A program made the position numbers and the translations under genes. DNA of 63,721 bases, counting the filler, from Aduncisulcus paluster (taxonomy: Eukaryota), in NCBI GenBank assembly GCA_024181965.1. It is 11 parts of 11 records of this genome, joined end to end, with 100 filler letters (N's around TTAATTAATTAA, not from the genome) between each part and the next. Parts side by side here need not be neighbours in the genome. Positions count along the whole stretch, not along the records: positions 59,298 to 61,852 come from BQXS01011620.1; positions 61,953 to 63,721 come from BQXS01011627.1; 9 more parts are not named here. The stretch is one strand, 5' to 3'. Positions 60,637-63,721 of the stretch are shown here, in pieces. Every line of letters begins with the position of its first letter. Position 1 is the stretch's first letter. The notes beneath the pieces are model-generated. The model had not been told where the DNA came from. It ran no database searches and saw nothing but the letters and a program-made list of their open reading frames with translations.

Positions 60637-61053
60637 GATATTTCAAATTTTTTGATAACCATATCAATAATTTTATAAAATAAAATCTGAGTTATTTGAC
60701 ATTCAAGAATATATTTTCGTTTCAACAAAGACCATCTTAAAACTTCTTGAATCTTATGTAACAACTCAGATCTTTAACCACTCGTAATTCCTTCTACAAT
60801 TGTGCAAAGAGTTAATGAAGATTGGAAGAGTGAAGATGTTTGAGAATCATCTAAGATTGATATATTAATGTGTGTGGCAACATCTGTGGTTTAGCCTAAT
60901 TAAATGATCCAATTGAAAAAATGAAAATCTTCTCAACCATACAATCTTCTCTTTTGAACTATATTAAGTGTCATAATTAAAATCATTTGTTGTGAAGAAC
61001 AGTAATCTTCCAAAAAATTCGATTTTAACAAACCCCACGAAAATTTAAAAATG

Positions 61054-61125
61054 GGGGCGCGCCGGGATTTGAACCCGGGACCTCTTCTACCCTAAAGAAG
61101 AATCATACCCCTAGACCACGCGCCC
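61054..61125 (-). tRNA. tRNA-Pro (AGG), identical second copy
   Basis: Identical 72-nt sequence 489 bp away, also followed by T5. Confidence 0.97.
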
Positions 61126-61449
61126 GATATTTGGAAATTTTTAATAATAATATCATTAATATTCATCTTTCTTTTTTTATCTCTTGGATTACACAGATGA
61201 TATTTTGAGATTATTCATGGGTATTTCGACAAATTATAAATAAATCAATTTATTTCAAACTTTGATTTTTTTGATGATTCTTCCAATCTTTGGTCATCGG
61301 TGCAATCATTGAATATTAAAAAACGAAAGGAATATGATTAAAGCGTAATATTCGGGGAAATTCAGCAAAGAGAATAATCTATTTCCCATTCAGTTAATTC
61401 TATTGAACTTTCTATAAGATATATTTGATTATATGAAGGAATTTGTCGA

Positions 61450-61851
61450 TTATCTATCAAAATTCCTTCTTGAGGATCTCCCTCTTCCTCTTCCTCTCCC
61501 TCTTCCTCTTCCTCTTCCTCTTCCTCTTCCTCTTCCTCTTCCTCTCCCACGTATTCCTTTCCCCGTCTTTCTGATTCTTGAGAAAAGTCTTGTAATTGTA
61601 TAATCGATGGCTCCATTCCATTGTCTTCCACGCTCCTCTGTCAACTCTTCTTTCTTCCTCTTGATAACTTCTGGATTGAACTTTTCCCTCCAATGACTGA
61701 ATAGAACATGACCTAAGCGACTCTTGGGCCGGAATGGTATATATTCTCCTCGGTTATCGGTTGGGGGCTGACGCAAGAGAGAAAATGATCCCGTCCCCAT
61801 ACTGACTGGGTTTCCAATGATGATTTGCTCACTGACACCATGCATTTTGTC
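61450..61851 (-). CDS. RPC1: RNA polymerase largest subunit C-terminus (probably Pol III RPC1) with RG-repeat tail, 5'-truncated
   Basis: DKMHGVSEQIIIGNPVSMGTGSFSLL is conserved region H. It is closer to RPC1 (GVSECII.G..MSIGTGSF) than to RPB1 (GVSENIMLGQLAP.GTG) or RPA1 (SPSA.LV.G). Confidence 0.8.
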   Translation of the reverse strand, partial: DKMHGVSEQIIIGNPVSMGTGSFSLLRQPPTDNRGEYIPFRPKSRLGHVLFSHWREKFNPEVIKRKKEELTEERGRQWNGAIDYTITRLFSRIRKTGKGIRGRGRGRGRGRGRGRGRGRGRGRGRSSRRNFDR

Positions 61852-61952
61852 CNNNNNNNNNNNNNNNNNNNNNNNNNNNNNNNNNNNNNNNNNNNNTTAA
61901 TTAATTAANNNNNNNNNNNNNNNNNNNNNNNNNNNNNNNNNNNNNNNNNNNN

Positions 61953-62517
61953 GAATCACATTTATATAGGCGAATTTTTTATCCCCCCCCAAGCTGAAAG
62001 CCGCTTCCCATTGCCCGCGGTCAATGGAAGTTATCCCGGCCCTGAAAATTTCAGATGCATAGGCTCCTTCAAAAAGACTGAGAGCGATAACTGATGCCCA
62101 GAATCCGTTAATGCCGATAATGGGAGCAGCTACAAAGTAGATGAAAAAGAGCTGAATTAGCAGAGGGGTATTTCTAATTATTTCCAGATAGATGCGGGCA
62201 ATCGCTTTGGCTGTGAAGGACCCGGATAAGCGCATAATTGCTGTTCCCAGTCCGATGATAAAAGTCAGCACAAAACTTAACCCTGTTATCTCAAGGGTAA
62301 CGCCAAGTCCCTCTAACAACGGGCCGGGAATAAACTTTCCTTCATTTAAGCTGAAAAAAAAGCCCGGAACCCGGAACCACTGCCAGTTATAGCCAAGTGA
62401 TTCCGTGCCCTTATACAAAAGGAAACAGAAACAACTTATAATTAAACAGAAGAGCAGGGAGTCAAAAAGGAATTTTTTATTATCGGCTTTAAGTTGTCGG
62501 CCGTCAGAATCAATCAT
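61953..62517 (-). CDS. Bacterial polar amino-acid ABC transporter permease (HisM/GlnP type), 3'-truncated
   Basis: YLEIIRNTPLLIQLFFIYF and GAYASEIFRAGITSIDRGQWEAAFSLG (EAA loop). Start is ATG 62517 or TTG 62526. Confidence 0.95.
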
Positions 62518-62566
62518 AACAGTCAAATACTATGAAATTTGACACAAATCCAGAAGGTTATTCCAT

Positions 62567-62584
62567 TTGCCAAGTCAATGGCAA
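62567..62584. promoter_or_regulatory. Palindrome TTGCCA-N6-TGGCAA in the divergent bacterial promoter region (possible operator)
   Basis: Perfect 6-bp inverted repeat; a second one, GTCAAAT-N8-ATTTGAC, lies at 62522-62543. Confidence 0.3.
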
Positions 62585-62739
62585 TTTGGATGAATTGCTG
62601 GTGTTTTTTTACTGCATTATATGAATTTAATTTTGAATCAGCTTTCATTTGTCTTTATTTTGTGTATAAGTATGTTTCGTTTCCTGTTTTAAATTCAGCT
62701 GACACAATTTAGTTGGTCCTTTTAAATAGCGGAGGAGAT

Positions 62740-63498
62740 ATGAATAGGGAAATAGTCAAGTTTGTACAAAAGAGATTGAATGAAGAAGGGTTTAACCTTG
62801 CTTGTGACGGCATTGCAGGCCCTAATACCATGGAAGCTTTGCGGAGTTTTGCAGTCATCGGGCATGACTGGACTCGGCGTGAATGTCTTGCCGGATATTT
62901 GCAGATGCTTATGGGAAAAGTTTCAAGTCCGGTAGTAATTAATGGACGATGGACTAACGAAACAGATGCAATGTACCGCAAACTAAAATTTCATTTCGAT
63001 TCCGTGGCCGGTACTGCTCATAGTCCTCTTAAGTGGCCTTCGCAAAGTGAGGAAGATTTATATAAATTTTATGGCAAAGTAGGCCAAAATCAAGTCCGGC
63101 TTCATCTTCCGTATCCGCACATTTTAGCATGGAACCCCGAGAAGGTCGTGAATTCATATTTCTGCCACGAAAAAGTTCATGACAGCCTTGAGCGTGTGCT
63201 GCATAGGGTGTTCGAGCATTATGGATATGATCGTATCCAAGAGTTAAATCTTGATAAATGGGGCGGTTGTTTAAATGTGCGTAGAATAAGGCAGGGCGAC
63301 CGTTTCTCGACTCATAGTTGGGGTATTGCGGTTGACTATGATCCTGACCGCAACCGCCGGACATGGGGCCGTGACAAAGCAGTCTTTGCCCAGCCGGAAT
63401 ATGATAAATGGTGGGAAATATGGACCGACGAAGGCTGGACCAGTCTGGGGCTGGCCAAGAATTATGATTGGATGCACATACAAGCTGCAGTATTATAA
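62740..63498 (+). CDS. Peptidoglycan-binding domain + M15 family Zn peptidase (cell-wall hydrolase / endolysin-like)
   Basis: RBS GGAGG at 62731; VKFVQKRLN...DGIAGPNT PG-binding motif; STHSWGIAVD (SxHxxGxAxD) and DWMH zinc-ligand motifs. Confidence 0.92.
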   Translation: MNREIVKFVQKRLNEEGFNLACDGIAGPNTMEALRSFAVIGHDWTRRECLAGYLQMLMGKVSSPVVINGRWTNETDAMYRKLKFHFDSVAGTAHSPLKWPSQSEEDLYKFYGKVGQNQVRLHLPYPHILAWNPEKVVNSYFCHEKVHDSLERVLHRVFEHYGYDRIQELNLDKWGGCLNVRRIRQGDRFSTHSWGIAVDYDPDRNRRTWGRDKAVFAQPEYDKWWEIWTDEGWTSLGLAKNYDWMHIQAAVL

Positions 63499-63503
63499 AA
63501 GAT

Positions 63504-63542
63504 AAAATCCCTCTCAATTCGTAAGAACTGAGAGGGATTTTT
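63504..63542. terminator. Bidirectional rho-independent terminator
   Basis: AAAATCCCTCTCA...TGAGAGGGATTTT hairpin between convergent genes. Confidence 0.88.
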
Positions 63543-63561
63543 CATTGCGGTGGGAATGGTA

Positions 63562-63720
63562 TTAGATCATTCCGGCTACTTTGTTCATCAAGCGGACGAG
63601 CTGGTTGGTGAAGCTGGCTTCATTGTCGTACCAGATGATGAGCTTGAGCATTTTTCCGTCCATGACTTCGGTCAGCGGACCGTCAACAACACCGCCATGG
63701 GTATCGCCAAGGTAGTCAGT
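63562..63720 (-). CDS. gap: Type I glyceraldehyde-3-phosphate dehydrogenase, C-terminal fragment
   Basis: Manual translation TDYLGDTHGGVVDGPLTEVMDGKMLKLIIWYDNEASFTNQLVRL...* contains the WYDNE signature. Confidence 0.93.
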   Translation of the reverse strand, partial: TDYLGDTHGGVVDGPLTEVMDGKMLKLIIWYDNEASFTNQLVRLMNKVAGMI

Positions 63721-63721
63721 G

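Noticed and set aside
61362..61693. Poly-Glu (89 aa) and poly-RK (78 aa) ORFs
   Set aside because: These are alternative frames of the AGAGGA repeat; only the RG frame is continuous with the polymerase motif.
2223..61952. Recurring TTAATTAATTAA between N runs as a biological repeat, CRISPR-like array or transposon target site
   Set aside because: The fixed 44N-12-44N format with six-frame stops is a concatenation linker. The ORF ends 'LIN' and 'XN' are artefacts of it.
62579..62598. Sigma-54 promoter (TGGCA...TTGC)
   Set aside because: The GG-to-GC spacing is longer than the required 10 nt.
61450..63721. Eukaryote-bacterium junction as horizontal gene transfer
   Set aside because: The two parts are separated by the artificial linker, so there is no physical linkage.

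Overview
This window is not one locus. It is a concatenation of 11 short scaffolds joined by an artificial 100-nt linker (44 N + TTAATTAATTAA + 44 N), so adjacency across linkers has no meaning. Scaffolds 1-10 (1..61852) come from a gene-dense, intron-poor eukaryotic flagellate using the standard genetic code. Recognisable genes are an outer-arm beta-type axonemal dynein heavy chain, CFAP161, eIF6, C1D/Rrp47, BZW/5MP, an Hsp110 C-terminus, PARG, an ERMP1-like M28 peptidase, RRM, LRR, EF-hand and EGF-like surface proteins, the C-terminus of an RNA polymerase largest subunit (probably RPC1) and two tRNA-Pro(AGG) genes. The style suggests a free-living fornicate/metamonad such as Aduncisulcus (inference only). 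I reconstructed four ~100-130 nt GT-AG introns and two edge ORFs that the ORF track missed. Scaffold 11 (61953..63721) is bacterial (amino-acid ABC permease, PG-binding + M15 peptidase, rho-independent terminator, GAPDH 3' end) and is probably a co-cultured bacterium. Several exact duplications around 20-N gaps are assembly artefacts. The most notable candidates are: a >3,300-aa type II membrane protein with a viral-fibre-like beta-repeat ectodomain; a degenerate CCT-like protein lacking GDGTT; an RG-repeat tail on the polymerase subunit; a (GA)12 tract splitting a dual-acylated gene; a uORF plus micro-exon on the 5MP gene; and an H/ACA-like hairpin.
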